A stretch of 64,000 nt of DNA from Nitrospirota bacterium (GTDB taxonomy: Bacteria > Nitrospirota > UBA9217). The DNA is taken from the NCBI GenBank assembly GCA_963751455.1, contig CAVVUN010000003.1, positions 320,001 to 384,000 on the forward strand, in the 5' to 3' direction. Position 1 is the stretch's first letter. Each line of letters opens with the position of its first letter. Below the pieces are notes generated by a model. It searched no databases. It was not told the DNA's origin and was given only the letters and a program-made list of their open reading frames with translations. This document shows, piece by piece, positions 20,223-30,300 of this stretch. Position numbers and translations under genes: made by a program.

Positions 20223-22100
20223 ATGTCTTTCGAAAAAAAATACGACGTCATCGTGATCGGGGCAGGCCATGCAGGGTGCGAGGCTGCGCTGGCTTCGGCG
20301 CGCATAGGCTGTTCCACGCTTATGCTCACGATAAATCTCGACAGCATTGCCCTCATGTCGTGCAACCCGGCGATCGGCGGTCTTGCAAAGGGGCATCTCG
20401 TGAAGGAAATCGATGCCCTGGGCGGCGAGATGGCCAGGGTAATCGACCGAACCGGCATACAGTTCCGGATCCTGAACCGGAGCAAGGGGCCGGCCGTTCA
20501 TGGAACGCGGGCACAGGCGGACAAGCAGCGCTATCGGCTCGCGATGAAAGAATCCGTTGAGAAGCAGCCGGGCCTTGACGTAAAGCAGGGCCTGGTCGAG
20601 AAAATCATCGTCGAGAACGGCAAAATTTCGGGCGTTGAAACGAACATCGGCGTGCAGTACCTCGCGCCTGCGGTAATAGTTACGACCGGTACTTTTTTAA
20701 AGGGTCTCATTCATATCGGTCTCGTGAATTATCCTTCCGGAAGGGCAGGCGAGTTCCCTTCCGTTGGTTTGTCGGACTGCCTACGCGAAATCGGGTTCGA
20801 CATCGGACGGCTCAAGACGGGAACGCCCGCGAGGTTGAATGGAAGAACTATCGATTTTTCCGGAATGAAGCCCCAATGCGGGGACGAACCTGCCCCGTTC
20901 TTCTCGTATTCTGAAAAGGTACATCCTCTCCCACAATTGCCCTGTTATTTAACGTATACGAATACGCAAACCCATGAAATCATACGCAACAATCTTGATC
21001 GCTCCCCACTTTATGCCGGGGTAATAAAGGGAACGGGGCCAAGATATTGCCCTTCTATTGAAGATAAGGTGATGCGGTTTTCAGAGAGGGAGCGACACCA
21101 GGTCTTCCTGGAACCTGAAGGGCTCGACACCGAGGAATATTACGCGAACGGGGTGTCGACCAGCCTTCCATACGACGTACAGTTGAAGCTGTATCGTTCG
21201 ATTCCCGGCCTGGACAAAGTTGAAATAATGAGGCCTGCCTATGCCATAGAATACGACTATGCGCCGCCCACCCAGATCAGGCATTCGCTCGAAACCAAGA
21301 AAATCGAGGGGCTCTATTTTGCCGGACAGATCAACGGCACTTCGGGATACGAGGAGGCCGCGGCTCAGGGGCTGATGGCAGGGATCAATGCCGCTCTCAA
21401 GATTCAGAGACGTGAGCAGTTCGTGCTCTCCCGCTCCGAGGCCTACATCGGCGTTATGATCGACGACCTCGTTACCAGGGGTACGCTCGAACCGTATCGC
21501 ATGTTTACTTCTCGCGCGGAATACCGGCTCATCCTGAGAGAAGACAACGCAGATTTGCGGCTTCGCGATAAAGCCCATGCAATTGGACTCGTATCCGGCA
21601 TCGAGTATGCCGAGTATTGCGAAAAGAAGGAAGCGATCGACACCGAGATTTCCCGGCTAAAAAATACCCGGGTGAAATCATCTTCGGAGATCAATTCGAT
21701 GCTTGAGGAAAAAGGCACCAATGCGCTGTCTGGAGAGATCCGGCTTGAACAGCTGCTGAAGCGTCCGGAAATGACGTATTCCGATATCGTTGCCATGAGC
21801 CCGCCGCCGTTGCCTCTCGAAAGAGCCGCCGCCGAGCAGGTCGAGATCCAGGTCAAGTACGAGGGATATATCCTCCGCCAGATGGAGCACGTTGCCGGCT
21901 TCGCGTCACTTGAACAGAAAAAGCTTCCGGCTGATATGGATTATAACGCGTTGACCGGACTCGGTGCCGAGGTGAAGCAGAAGCTGATGCAGGTGCGGCC
22001 GGTATCGCTCGGCCAGGCCTCAAGAATTTCAGGCGTTACTCCGGCTGCTATCTCGCTCCTCATGGTAGCCCTTGAAAAAAGGAAGCGCGGCAGGGAATGA
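20223..22100 (+). CDS. mnmG: tRNA uridine modification enzyme MnmG (GidA)
   Basis: GAGHAGCEAA, MSCNPAIGG, GPRYCPSIEDK, AGQINGTSGYEEAAAQG. Confidence 0.98.
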   Translation: MSFEKKYDVIVIGAGHAGCEAALASARIGCSTLMLTINLDSIALMSCNPAIGGLAKGHLVKEIDALGGEMARVIDRTGIQFRILNRSKGPAVHGTRAQADKQRYRLAMKESVEKQPGLDVKQGLVEKIIVENGKISGVETNIGVQYLAPAVIVTTGTFLKGLIHIGLVNYPSGRAGEFPSVGLSDCLREIGFDIGRLKTGTPARLNGRTIDFSGMKPQCGDEPAPFFSYSEKVHPLPQLPCYLTYTNTQTHEIIRNNLDRSPLYAGVIKGTGPRYCPSIEDKVMRFSERERHQVFLEPEGLDTEEYYANGVSTSLPYDVQLKLYRSIPGLDKVEIMRPAYAIEYDYAPPTQIRHSLETKKIEGLYFAGQINGTSGYEEAAAQGLMAGINAALKIQRREQFVLSRSEAYIGVMIDDLVTRGTLEPYRMFTSRAEYRLILREDNADLRLRDKAHAIGLVSGIEYAEYCEKKEAIDTEISRLKNTRVKSSSEINSMLEEKGTNALSGEIRLEQLLKRPEMTYSDIVAMSPPPLPLERAAAEQVEIQVKYEGYILRQMEHVAGFASLEQKKLPADMDYNALTGLGAEVKQKLMQVRPVSLGQASRISGVTPAAISLLMVALEKRKRGRE

Positions 22101-22267
22101 CGATTTCTGTAGTAGGGTCTTCGCCTTTCTTTGCGGCTTGGCGGCTTTGCGCGAAATCCAGTTAATTTTTATGTCATTTCGAGCACAGCGAGAAATCTTG
22201 CATATAGGAAACAAACCAATGGATTTCTCCTTGTGGTCGAAATGACAAGCTTTTTCGAAACGCATTA

Positions 22268-22572
22268 CTAGTGCACTGTAAAAATGTTTTTTGATAGTTT
22301 TGCACCTCTGCTTGCACGTCACCCGGCATGATTAGTCGGGTTCCGGTAGTCAGTTACAAATAGAATTTATCTCAAAACGGCAAAGAATATTTACCGCGAT
22401 GTCGCGAGGAACGCGAGGAAAGCGAAATTCCCGTAATATGTAAGAGAAGTATCGCCTTCCTGGCGACCTTTGCGCCCTCGCGGTTCAATCTGATTGGTTC
22501 TGGTTTGACCCGCGAAAAGCACGCCGGAATGACGGCGTTGAACCTTTAATAATTAAGTTTACGCTGTACTAG
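22268..22572. mobile_element. CTAG-bounded MITE-like element, copy 1, with nested palindromes
   Basis: CTAGTGCACTGTAAA ... TTTACGCTGTACTAG ends; shares GTCACCCGGCATGA and CCGGAATGACGGCGTTG with 46974-47147. Confidence 0.6.
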
Positions 22573-22643
22573 GAGCTTCTTTCTTTCAGAGAAAGAGGAC
22601 GCACATGAAGAGGTCTTGAGTTGATAACATCGGAGATTAAATC

Positions 22644-23288
22644 GTGACCCCCAGGGAAGTGTTAGTCTCGGGAGCAGCAGAGCTCGGCATCGCTTTAACA
22701 GGTGATCAGGTCGACTCGCTGTTCATATATATACGGGAAATGAAAAAATGGAACAGAAGAATTAACCTGACCGCTATCGTGAATGAGCAGGACATTGTGA
22801 TCAAGCACCTTCTCGACTCTCTTTCTTTTCTCAATGGATTTAACCCCCGGCCGGGGATGCTGCTTCTCGATATGGGGTCTGGCGCCGGATTTCCTGGTTT
22901 CCCGATCAAGATTGCAAAACCGGAGATCTCTGTAACGCTCGTTGAGTCCGTAAAGAAAAAATGTTCCTTTCTTCGTCATATTGTCAGGACGCTGTCGCTG
23001 TCAAACGTCGAGGTATTGGATGCAAGGACCGAGGAACTATCGGATTCGCATCCATCGAGATATGATGTAGTTACGGCTCGCGCGTTCGCGGACATGGCAA
23101 CAGCGCTCAAAGCGGGCAAGGCGTTGGTGAAACCCGGAGGCTTAATAGTCTTGAGCCGCGGGCCCCAGGAAACAATTGCCGGTCAGGAGTTGACCGGCAT
23201 AGGAATCCAACTCGACCGTAAGCTAGATTTTACCCTTCCACATTCTAATTATAACCGTGCGCTCTGGGTTTTTAAGAAAGTGGGGTGA
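22644..23288 (+). CDS. rsmG: 16S rRNA m7G527 methyltransferase
   Basis: WNRRINLTAI, HLLDSL, DMGSGAGFPG, VTARAF. Confidence 0.95.
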   Translation: MTPREVLVSGAAELGIALTGDQVDSLFIYIREMKKWNRRINLTAIVNEQDIVIKHLLDSLSFLNGFNPRPGMLLLDMGSGAGFPGFPIKIAKPEISVTLVESVKKKCSFLRHIVRTLSLSNVEVLDARTEELSDSHPSRYDVVTARAFADMATALKAGKALVKPGGLIVLSRGPQETIAGQELTGIGIQLDRKLDFTLPHSNYNRALWVFKKVG

Positions 23289-23361
23289 GAAGTGCTAATA
23301 ATATCGATATATCGTACAATGTGCGATCAATTTAGGGCATTTTAGAGTTAGTGTGGTTTAA

Positions 23362-24426
23362 ATGGAAGAATCTATTAAAATACCTTTGGAGTGGCGCCGG
23401 GTAGCAAAAGAAATTGCCGGTCAGGGTGGGCCGGCGTTGGTGTTAGGCGCTCCAGGATCGGGCAAGACAACCTTCTGCCTCTATCTTACCGGCGCGCTCT
23501 GCCGGGAAGGCAGGACTGTTGCCTGGATCGATGCAGACCCGGGGCAGCCCTTCATCGGTCCGCCAGGTGTGCTTTCTCTGACCGCTTATTCAATGGCTTC
23601 GGACCTTCTCAAGCGCAGGAACCCACAGGTCCTCAGTTTTGTCGGCAATACTACGCCTGTGGGCCATCTTCTTGAAATCATATCAGGCCTTCAAAAATTG
23701 TATTCTCTCGCTGACTCCATGAATCCGGATTTGATTCTTATCAATACCTGCGGACTTGTAAACGGGGCTGCTGCACGCGAACTCAAATTTCACGAGATTG
23801 ACATGATCGCACCCCGCAATGTCGTGGCGCTGCAAAAGGGAACCGAGGTTGAACACCTGCTTGCCCCTCACTCTCATCGCGCGGGATTGCTTCTCCATCG
23901 GCTTCCCGTACCGGACGATGCAAAGGTCTCGACAAACGAGGCGAGGCGCGCAATCCGCGAACACCGGTTCAAAGAATACTTTCGCGGCGCCGATTATCAG
24001 GAAATAGCTCTTCATGATGTAGGCGTTCACGGCCCCGGTCTCGGTACCGGTGAACGGCTCGGGTTCAGGGACGTCAATACCCTTTCAAAGATTCTTCAGG
24101 CCATCGTTATTCATGCCGAACTCTCTGCAGACAGGCTGTTCCTTCTGGTTGAGGGCGAGTACGCAGGCGATGAATTGTTCACAGCCAAAGAGCGATATAA
24201 TGTGCGCGAGGTGATTGTGCTGAAGCGATCCGAGATCGACCATGTGCTGGTAGGGCTGAACGACGATCGAAACCTCTGCCTCGGGCTCGGCATCCTTCGC
24301 GATCTGGATCTGAAAGAGTTGACCGTGCGAGTAATAACCCCGGTTCGGGATATTTCCGCGGTGCGCAATCTATCCATTGGCTCTCTTCTGGTAAGTCCGG
24401 CCGGCGGAGAGCTCGGTCACTGGTAA
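23362..24426 (+). CDS. Clp1/Grc3-like polynucleotide 5'-hydroxyl kinase
   Basis: GAPGSGKTT P-loop, DADPGQPFIGPPG, INTCGLV, RRAIREHRFKEYF lid. Confidence 0.8.
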   Translation: MEESIKIPLEWRRVAKEIAGQGGPALVLGAPGSGKTTFCLYLTGALCREGRTVAWIDADPGQPFIGPPGVLSLTAYSMASDLLKRRNPQVLSFVGNTTPVGHLLEIISGLQKLYSLADSMNPDLILINTCGLVNGAAARELKFHEIDMIAPRNVVALQKGTEVEHLLAPHSHRAGLLLHRLPVPDDAKVSTNEARRAIREHRFKEYFRGADYQEIALHDVGVHGPGLGTGERLGFRDVNTLSKILQAIVIHAELSADRLFLLVEGEYAGDELFTAKERYNVREVIVLKRSEIDHVLVGLNDDRNLCLGLGILRDLDLKELTVRVITPVRDISAVRNLSIGSLLVSPAGGELGHW

Positions 24427-24444
24427 AGCCTTTTCCCATCGTAT

Positions 24445-24460
24445 TGTTCCACGTGGAACA
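24445..24460. promoter_or_regulatory. parS: parS site
   Basis: TGTTCCACGTGGAACA, consensus parS palindrome. Confidence 0.9.
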
Positions 24461-24504
24461 ATCTTCTTTCTTATGTTCTCGTCAAATTCTTAAGTCGGTT
24501 TCTT

Positions 24505-24654
24505 AGTGGAGCCCCCACCGGCAGGAGCCGGTGGCTCCCTCAAACAACGCGACCTCCCGGAACTGCGAACTCGCGAACGCGAGGCTCATCGGGCCTCGCG
24601 CGAGTGAGCGCTTTCCACCCCCGGCGGGAGCCGGGGGATGCCAAGGCGCGGGAT
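24505..24654. mobile_element. Palindrome-ended non-autonomous element, family 2, copy 2
   Basis: Near-identical to 4682-4876 without the internal hairpin. Confidence 0.7.
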
Positions 24655-24793
24655 TGCCAATTCCAACCGTAACTCCCGCGAAAACCGGAATCCTCTTTAG
24701 CATTAACCTCTGGATCAATCAAATCCGGCTGACGGGAACAGACATTAAACTCCGCTTCCAATCCGATTCCCTTTCCCTACAATAATGAACGGT

Positions 24794-24837
24794 ATATGTC
24801 CCAGATCATATGTGCGCCGCAAAGAATTTGGTATAGT
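24794..24837 (+). promoter_or_regulatory. Putative Crp/Fnr (HcpR-like) site with extended -10
   Basis: ATATGTC-CCAG-ATCATAT palindrome about 30 bp upstream of TGGTATAGT, matching class II activator spacing. Confidence 0.45.
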
Positions 24838-24880
24838 GTGTCCAACGACAGCGAAAAATTCTTTATCCAGGGAGGAAATC

Positions 24881-26545
24881 ATGTTTTGTAATCAGTGCGA
24901 ACAGGCTTCAAACAACAAGGCTTGCACCAAATTCGGTGTTTGCGGTAAGGACCCACAGGTTTCCGCACTCCAGGATCTTCTGATCCACAGTCTTAAGGGA
25001 CTTTCACTCTATGCAGACACGGCACGAAAACAGGGCGTTGTGGATCGTGAAGTGAACGAGTTTACGGTCAAAGCGCTCTTTTCCACACTCACGAACGTGG
25101 ACTTCGATCCGGAGCGCTTCGTTTCACTCATTACGCGAAGTGTTAACCTCCGGGAAAAGATCCGGACCGGCGTGAAAGAAATTTTTTCTCATGCAAGCGT
25201 AAATTTCAAACCAGCAGCTTCAATTGATGCCCTCGTGAAGCAGGGAGAGAATGTAGCGGCTGAACGACTCTCATCCTCAACCAATGCGGACCTCGCGTCC
25301 CTCCAGGACATACTGCTGTACGGTCTGAAGGGCGTTGCAGCGTACTCAGACCATGCAGCCATACTCGGCAAAACAGACGACTCCGTGTACGCGTTCCTGC
25401 ATCAGGCGCTCGCGGCCCTGACCAGGACTGATCTCGGCCTGAATGACTGGATCGCGCTTGTTCTCAAATGCGGCGAGGTAAACCTCAAAGCCATGGAGCT
25501 GCTGGACGCAGGGAACACCGGCACGTATGGCCATCCGGTCCCGACAAAAGTGCCGATCACCCCGAAAGAAGGGAAAGCCATACTTGTCTCCGGACATGAC
25601 TTAAAGGACCTTGAGGGTCTGCTGAAACAAACCGAGGGAAAGGGGATCAATATCTATACGCACGGCGAGATGCTGCCCGCGCATGGCTATCCTGCGCTAA
25701 AGAAATATCCGCACTTCTATGGCCATTACGGCACAGCCTGGCAGAACCAGCAGAAAGAGTTTGCGGCATTTCCGGGGGCAATCGTCATGACAACGAACTG
25801 CATCCAGAAGCCAATCGAATCGTACAAGGGCAACATATTCACGACCGGTCTTGTGGGCTGGCCCGGCGTACACCATATCGCAGATGGAGATTTTACTCCG
25901 GCTATAAATCGTGCCCAAGAGCTTCCCGGCTTTACCCCGACAGCAGCAGGCAAGGAAGTAACGGTGGGATTTGCCAGGAATGCCGTGCTTGGCGTAGCGG
26001 ACAAGGTCATTGAGGCCGTGAAGGGCCGGGCAATCCGTCATTTCTTCCTGGTCGGCGGCTGCGACGGCGCGCGGCCGGGCAGAAACTATTATACGGAATT
26101 CGTTGAGAAGGCGCCTGCGGATACAATCGTAATGACTCTGGCATGCGGCAAGTTCCGGTTCTTTGACAAGGAACTGGGAGACATCAACGGAATTCCGCGA
26201 CTGCTCGATATCGGGCAGTGCAACGACGCCTACTCGGCGGTCCAGATCGCGCTTGCGCTTTCCAAGGCGTTCAATGTCGGCGTGAACGAGCTTCCCTTGT
26301 CACTCGTCCTCTCCTGGTACGAGCAAAAGGCGGTTGCCATCCTGCTCACATTGCTCCACCTGGGGATCAAGGACATCCGGCTCGGGCCAACGCTCCCGGC
26401 GTTCATCACTCCCAATGTACTGGATGTGCTCGTCAAGAATTTCAGTATAAAGCCGATCGCTGGAACGCCCGAAGAAGATTTCGAGCAGATCCTTGGCCCC
26501 GACTGGGCAAAGATAAATGAGCTCGAAGCGGAAACTGCTGTTTAA
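24881..26545 (+). CDS. hcp: Hybrid cluster protein (hydroxylamine/NO reductase)
   Basis: MFCNQCEQ...C...GVCGK, SGHDL, THGEMLPAH, GGCDG, LACGK, GQCND, SWYEQKA. Confidence 0.96.
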   Translation: MFCNQCEQASNNKACTKFGVCGKDPQVSALQDLLIHSLKGLSLYADTARKQGVVDREVNEFTVKALFSTLTNVDFDPERFVSLITRSVNLREKIRTGVKEIFSHASVNFKPAASIDALVKQGENVAAERLSSSTNADLASLQDILLYGLKGVAAYSDHAAILGKTDDSVYAFLHQALAALTRTDLGLNDWIALVLKCGEVNLKAMELLDAGNTGTYGHPVPTKVPITPKEGKAILVSGHDLKDLEGLLKQTEGKGINIYTHGEMLPAHGYPALKKYPHFYGHYGTAWQNQQKEFAAFPGAIVMTTNCIQKPIESYKGNIFTTGLVGWPGVHHIADGDFTPAINRAQELPGFTPTAAGKEVTVGFARNAVLGVADKVIEAVKGRAIRHFFLVGGCDGARPGRNYYTEFVEKAPADTIVMTLACGKFRFFDKELGDINGIPRLLDIGQCNDAYSAVQIALALSKAFNVGVNELPLSLVLSWYEQKAVAILLTLLHLGIKDIRLGPTLPAFITPNVLDVLVKNFSIKPIAGTPEEDFEQILGPDWAKINELEAETAV

Positions 26546-26799
26546 TATCTCGCCCTAACAGGCTGTTAAAACCTCCATTTACTCTTCGACAAGCTCAGAG
26601 CGAACGGAGAGATTATTGAAATGACGGGTTCTTATCCGTTCGTGGTGAGCTTGTCGAACCACCACTTAAAAACTTTTTAACAACCCTGCTGGAACTCAGG
26701 CAGAACGGGTAATACCGTTCTGCCTTTTTTGTTTCCCGTTGCGCCACAGTAAACGTTGCGCTCACGCTGTTACCCCACGATAATACACTGCAACAGCAA

Positions 26800-26815
26800 T
26801 GTTCCACGTGGAACA
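26800..26815. promoter_or_regulatory. parS: parS site
   Basis: TGTTCCACGTGGAACA. Confidence 0.9.
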
Positions 26816-27194
26816 TCTCGATTGCGGAATTGGGATTGCGGATTGCGGATAAAATTCCGAAAACTTGCCACAGCAAGCTGCGGGAAAAATCTCTCTTCTT
26901 GTTCTCTTCAATTGATGCGAGACCAAATCACAGGGTCGTGTCATTGTTCAATGCAACGGTACAATAACAAACATCTTTTCACGCACATTCACTTCCTTTA
27001 CCGTCATTCCGGCTTGTCCGGAATCTTTCCTGCATTTTCAGAAGGATTCCCGACGCGCTTCGCTTGCGGGAATGACGTTATAGGGGTTTATGTGCGACTT
27101 TGACGGGACCGTGGACCAAATCAATTTATCCTTTCATTTGCTGTAACCTTATGGTACATTATGAAGGTTTTAAACAGGTTGTCTGGAGGAAAAA

Positions 27195-27971
27195 ATGGGC
27201 AGGGTCATCGCAATTGCCAACCAGAAGGGGGGAGTGGGTAAGACCACAACCACCGTCAACATAGCAGCATCTCTGGCGGCAGCTGAAAAGAAGGTTCTGC
27301 TCATCGACTCCGACCCCCAGGGCAATTCCACAAGCGGTATGGGAATTGATCGCAAAGATATTTCAGGCAGCACCTACGATCTTTTTACCGGCAAGCGCAC
27401 GCTCGATGAAATCAAAAAAGCCTCGCATTTTCCGTGGCTTGAGGTTATTCCGTCCGGCATTGACCTTGTCGGCGTTGAAATTGAACTTATCCAGATGATT
27501 GCGCGTGAACGGGTGCTCAAAAAGGCGATCGCGGCCTTCAGAAACAATTACGATTATATTTTTATCGACTGCCCGCCCTCGCTCGGACTGCTCACAATAA
27601 ACGCGTTAACTGCCGCAGACGGAGTGATCATCCCGGTCCAGACGGAATACTATGCGCTCGAAGGGCTGTCGGCCCTCATGAATACGATCAAGCTGATCAG
27701 GCAGGACCTCAATCCCGAGCTGGCGATAGAGGGCGTGCTCCTGACCATGTACGACAGCAGGAACAATCTCGCCGAACAGGTCTCGCAGGAAGTACGCAAG
27801 TTCTTCGGCAGCAAGGTGTTCACCACGGTGATCCACCGGAACGTGGCGCTGAGCGAGGCCCCCAGCCACGGAAAGCCGGTGCTGCTCTACGACATCCGGT
27901 CGCGCGGCGCGCAAAGCTACCTCGAGCTCGCAAAGGAGGTTTTGACCAATGCAAAAGCAGGCGCTCGGTAA
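27195..27971 (+). CDS. parA: Chromosome partitioning ATPase ParA/Soj
   Basis: ANQKGGVGKTT, DPQGN, DCPPSLG, EAPSHG. Confidence 0.96.
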   Translation: MGRVIAIANQKGGVGKTTTTVNIAASLAAAEKKVLLIDSDPQGNSTSGMGIDRKDISGSTYDLFTGKRTLDEIKKASHFPWLEVIPSGIDLVGVEIELIQMIARERVLKKAIAAFRNNYDYIFIDCPPSLGLLTINALTAADGVIIPVQTEYYALEGLSALMNTIKLIRQDLNPELAIEGVLLTMYDSRNNLAEQVSQEVRKFFGSKVFTTVIHRNVALSEAPSHGKPVLLYDIRSRGAQSYLELAKEVLTNAKAGAR

Positions 27972-28794
27972 AGGCCTCGGCGCGCTCATACCTGATCTGT
28001 CCGCACTCGATGATAAGGAGCGTAAAGCGCTCGGCATCTCCGAGATCGAGCTGGATAAGATCATCCCGAACGAATACCAGCCCCGCAAGGTCTTCGACGA
28101 TGAAAAGCTGAAAGAGCTCGCGGCCTCGATAAAAGAACAGGGCGTCATCCAGCCGATCATCGTTCACCGGTCGGGAAGCGGATACCAGTTGATCGCGGGA
28201 GAACGCCGGTGGCGCGCATCGCGCATAGCCGGACTCAAAACGATTCCCGCGCTCATTAAGGAAGCAACAAAACGAGAGCTCCTCGAGATGGCGCTGATCG
28301 AAAATATCCAGCGCGAAGACCTGAATCCCCTGGAAGCGGCCGAAGCATATAAGAGACTGCAGGACGAGTTCAAACTTACACAGGACGATCTTGCGAAGCG
28401 GGTCGGCAAAGAACGCTCAACGGTGACCAACTTTCTTCGGCTTCTCAATCTTCCGAAAGAAGTAAAGCATGAGCTTGCAATCGGCAGCCTCAGCATGGGC
28501 CATGCAAAGGCGCTGCTGTCCCTCGAGCGCGTTCGCGACCAGATACAGGCTTCAGTCATGATCGTTAAGAAGGGGCTCTCCGTGCGCGAGGCGGAAGCGC
28601 TTACCACAAGGCTCAAAAACCCGCCCAAGGAGAAGAAGGCGCGGCTGGGCCACGAACTCAAGGCCGTGGAGGAAAAACTTAAAAAGGCGCTCGGCACCAA
28701 AGTCAGCATAGCTTCCAAATCAAAAGGCGGCAGGATCGTGATCGAGTATTATTCGAATGAGGAGCTGGACAGGATACTGGAAAAGATAATTTAA
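27949..28794 (+). CDS. parB: Chromosome partitioning protein ParB/Spo0J
   Basis: ALGKGLGAL, AGERRWRA, ENIQREDL, HTH. Confidence 0.96.
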   Translation: MQKQALGKGLGALIPDLSALDDKERKALGISEIELDKIIPNEYQPRKVFDDEKLKELAASIKEQGVIQPIIVHRSGSGYQLIAGERRWRASRIAGLKTIPALIKEATKRELLEMALIENIQREDLNPLEAAEAYKRLQDEFKLTQDDLAKRVGKERSTVTNFLRLLNLPKEVKHELAIGSLSMGHAKALLSLERVRDQIQASVMIVKKGLSVREAEALTTRLKNPPKEKKARLGHELKAVEEKLKKALGTKVSIASKSKGGRIVIEYYSNEELDRILEKII

Positions 28795-28928
28795 AACAAA
28801 AGAATATTTGGACGCGGATGAACGCGGAAAAAACGGATTAAATAAAATTGCTGTCATTGTAATCTGCGTGTATCTGCGAAAATCTGCGTCCCGAAATTTT
28901 AAACATAATTTATGAGGAGGGTTTATAA

Positions 28929-29321
28929 ATGCTAAAAAAAGGTTCAGGCACGCCGGAGCAGGCCGAGATCACGGCATTTCTGGGCAAAGGCACGGAATTC
29001 AAGGGTGTGCTCAGCTTCGAGGGTACTATCCGGGTGGACGGGAAGGTAGAAGGAGAAGTCGTTTCGAAGGACACCTTGATAGCGGGAGACGGCGCGTTTC
29101 TCCAGGGAGAGATAACGGTCGGTACGATCATCAGCAGCGGCAAGGTCGTCGGCAACATCAACGCATCTCAGAAAGTTCATCTCCTCGCGCCCGGCAATAT
29201 CCAGGGCAATATCAAAACGCCTAAACTCATTATCGAGGAAGGCGTGGTTTTCGACGGCAAGTGCGAAATGGCTGCAGAGAAGAAAAGTTCAGAGCAGAAG
29301 GTGGTGTCGCTTACGAAATAG
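28929..29321 (+). CDS. Bactofilin (CcmA family)
   Basis: Beta-helix repeats GTEFKGVL...VDGKVEG...IEEGVVFDGKC. Confidence 0.9.
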   Translation: MLKKGSGTPEQAEITAFLGKGTEFKGVLSFEGTIRVDGKVEGEVVSKDTLIAGDGAFLQGEITVGTIISSGKVVGNINASQKVHLLAPGNIQGNIKTPKLIIEEGVVFDGKCEMAAEKKSSEQKVVSLTK

Positions 29322-29417
29322 AATGACGCTTTCATTATCATGTAGATTGATAAATCTGTTGACGAATGTAGATTTTTCATGTTAAACTTAGTTAGGTAAG
29401 ATTTATAAGGAGTTAAC

Positions 29418-29666
29418 ATGAAAACAACTGTATCTACAAGAGGACAAGTTTCAATTCCAGTGGAACTTCGAAAAAAGTTCAACATCGAGCCCGAAACACA
29501 GCTGGAATGGATCGAAGAGGGCAATGCCATCAAGATCATCCCTCTGCCGAAAGATCCAATCAAGGCATTCCGGGGAGCAGGGCGCGGACGGTATACCTCC
29601 GAAAAGCTGATAAAGGACCGGAAGAAAGAACGCCTGGAGGAAGATGCCCGTGACCGAAACACCTGA
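29418..29666 (+). CDS. AbrB/MazE-type antitoxin
   Basis: TVSTRGQVSIPVELRKKF. Confidence 0.88.
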   Translation: MKTTVSTRGQVSIPVELRKKFNIEPETQLEWIEEGNAIKIIPLPKDPIKAFRGAGRGRYTSEKLIKDRKKERLEEDARDRNT

Positions 29667-30072
29667 GTCCGTCGTCCTTGACACCTCAGCGATACTTGCG
29701 TTATGGAACGAAGAAGACGAAGCCTCTACGGTCGAAAAGATCCTCCGCGACAGGCCGCACAATCGAAAAATATTTATCTCCTTTATGACTTTCATGGAAT
29801 GCCGGTACCGTGTGTGGAAAGACCACGGCCGGAGCGCCGCCGATGAACTCTTCAGGTCCCTCAGCCTCCTTCCTGTTACCCGCGTTGACGTCGACGATAC
29901 GCTGCTCATGATGGCATCAGAACTCAAAGCGCAGCACAAAATCTCTGTCGCAAACAGTTGGATTATTGCTACGGCGATTACGCGCAACGCGACGCTCGTT
30001 CATAAAGATCCCGAATTTGAAGCCCTGTCGGATATCGTTACTATGAAGATTCTTCCGTACAAGAAAAAATAA
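29644..30072 (+). CDS. PIN-domain VapC toxin
   Basis: VLDTSA...E...SVANSWIIATA...LVHKDPEF. Confidence 0.88.
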   Translation: MPVTETPESVVLDTSAILALWNEEDEASTVEKILRDRPHNRKIFISFMTFMECRYRVWKDHGRSAADELFRSLSLLPVTRVDVDDTLLMMASELKAQHKISVANSWIIATAITRNATLVHKDPEFEALSDIVTMKILPYKKK

Positions 30073-30230
30073 CTCTTTTGTGAATGTTGCCGGCCGGCTA
30101 ATATTCCTTTGTTGTATGTTAACGAAGTCAGATTAATAATTGTTATGCGGGGGACTAACATTCAAAATTCGGTGGTAGTGGTACGGTTCCGTTCAGATAA
30201 TAACTGTTAACACAGAATTTGACAAAAGCG

Positions 30231-30263
30231 CGTAGGTCGGGTAGAGCAAAGCGAAACCCGACA
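30231..30263 (+). repeat. GTAG-type REP upstream of RAYT
   Basis: CGTAGGTCGGGTAGAGC-AAA-GCGAAACCCGACA; inverted partner at 30847-30880. Confidence 0.85.
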
Positions 30264-30300
30264 GATTTTCAAGGATGATTAATAATTCCTCAAAGGAACC

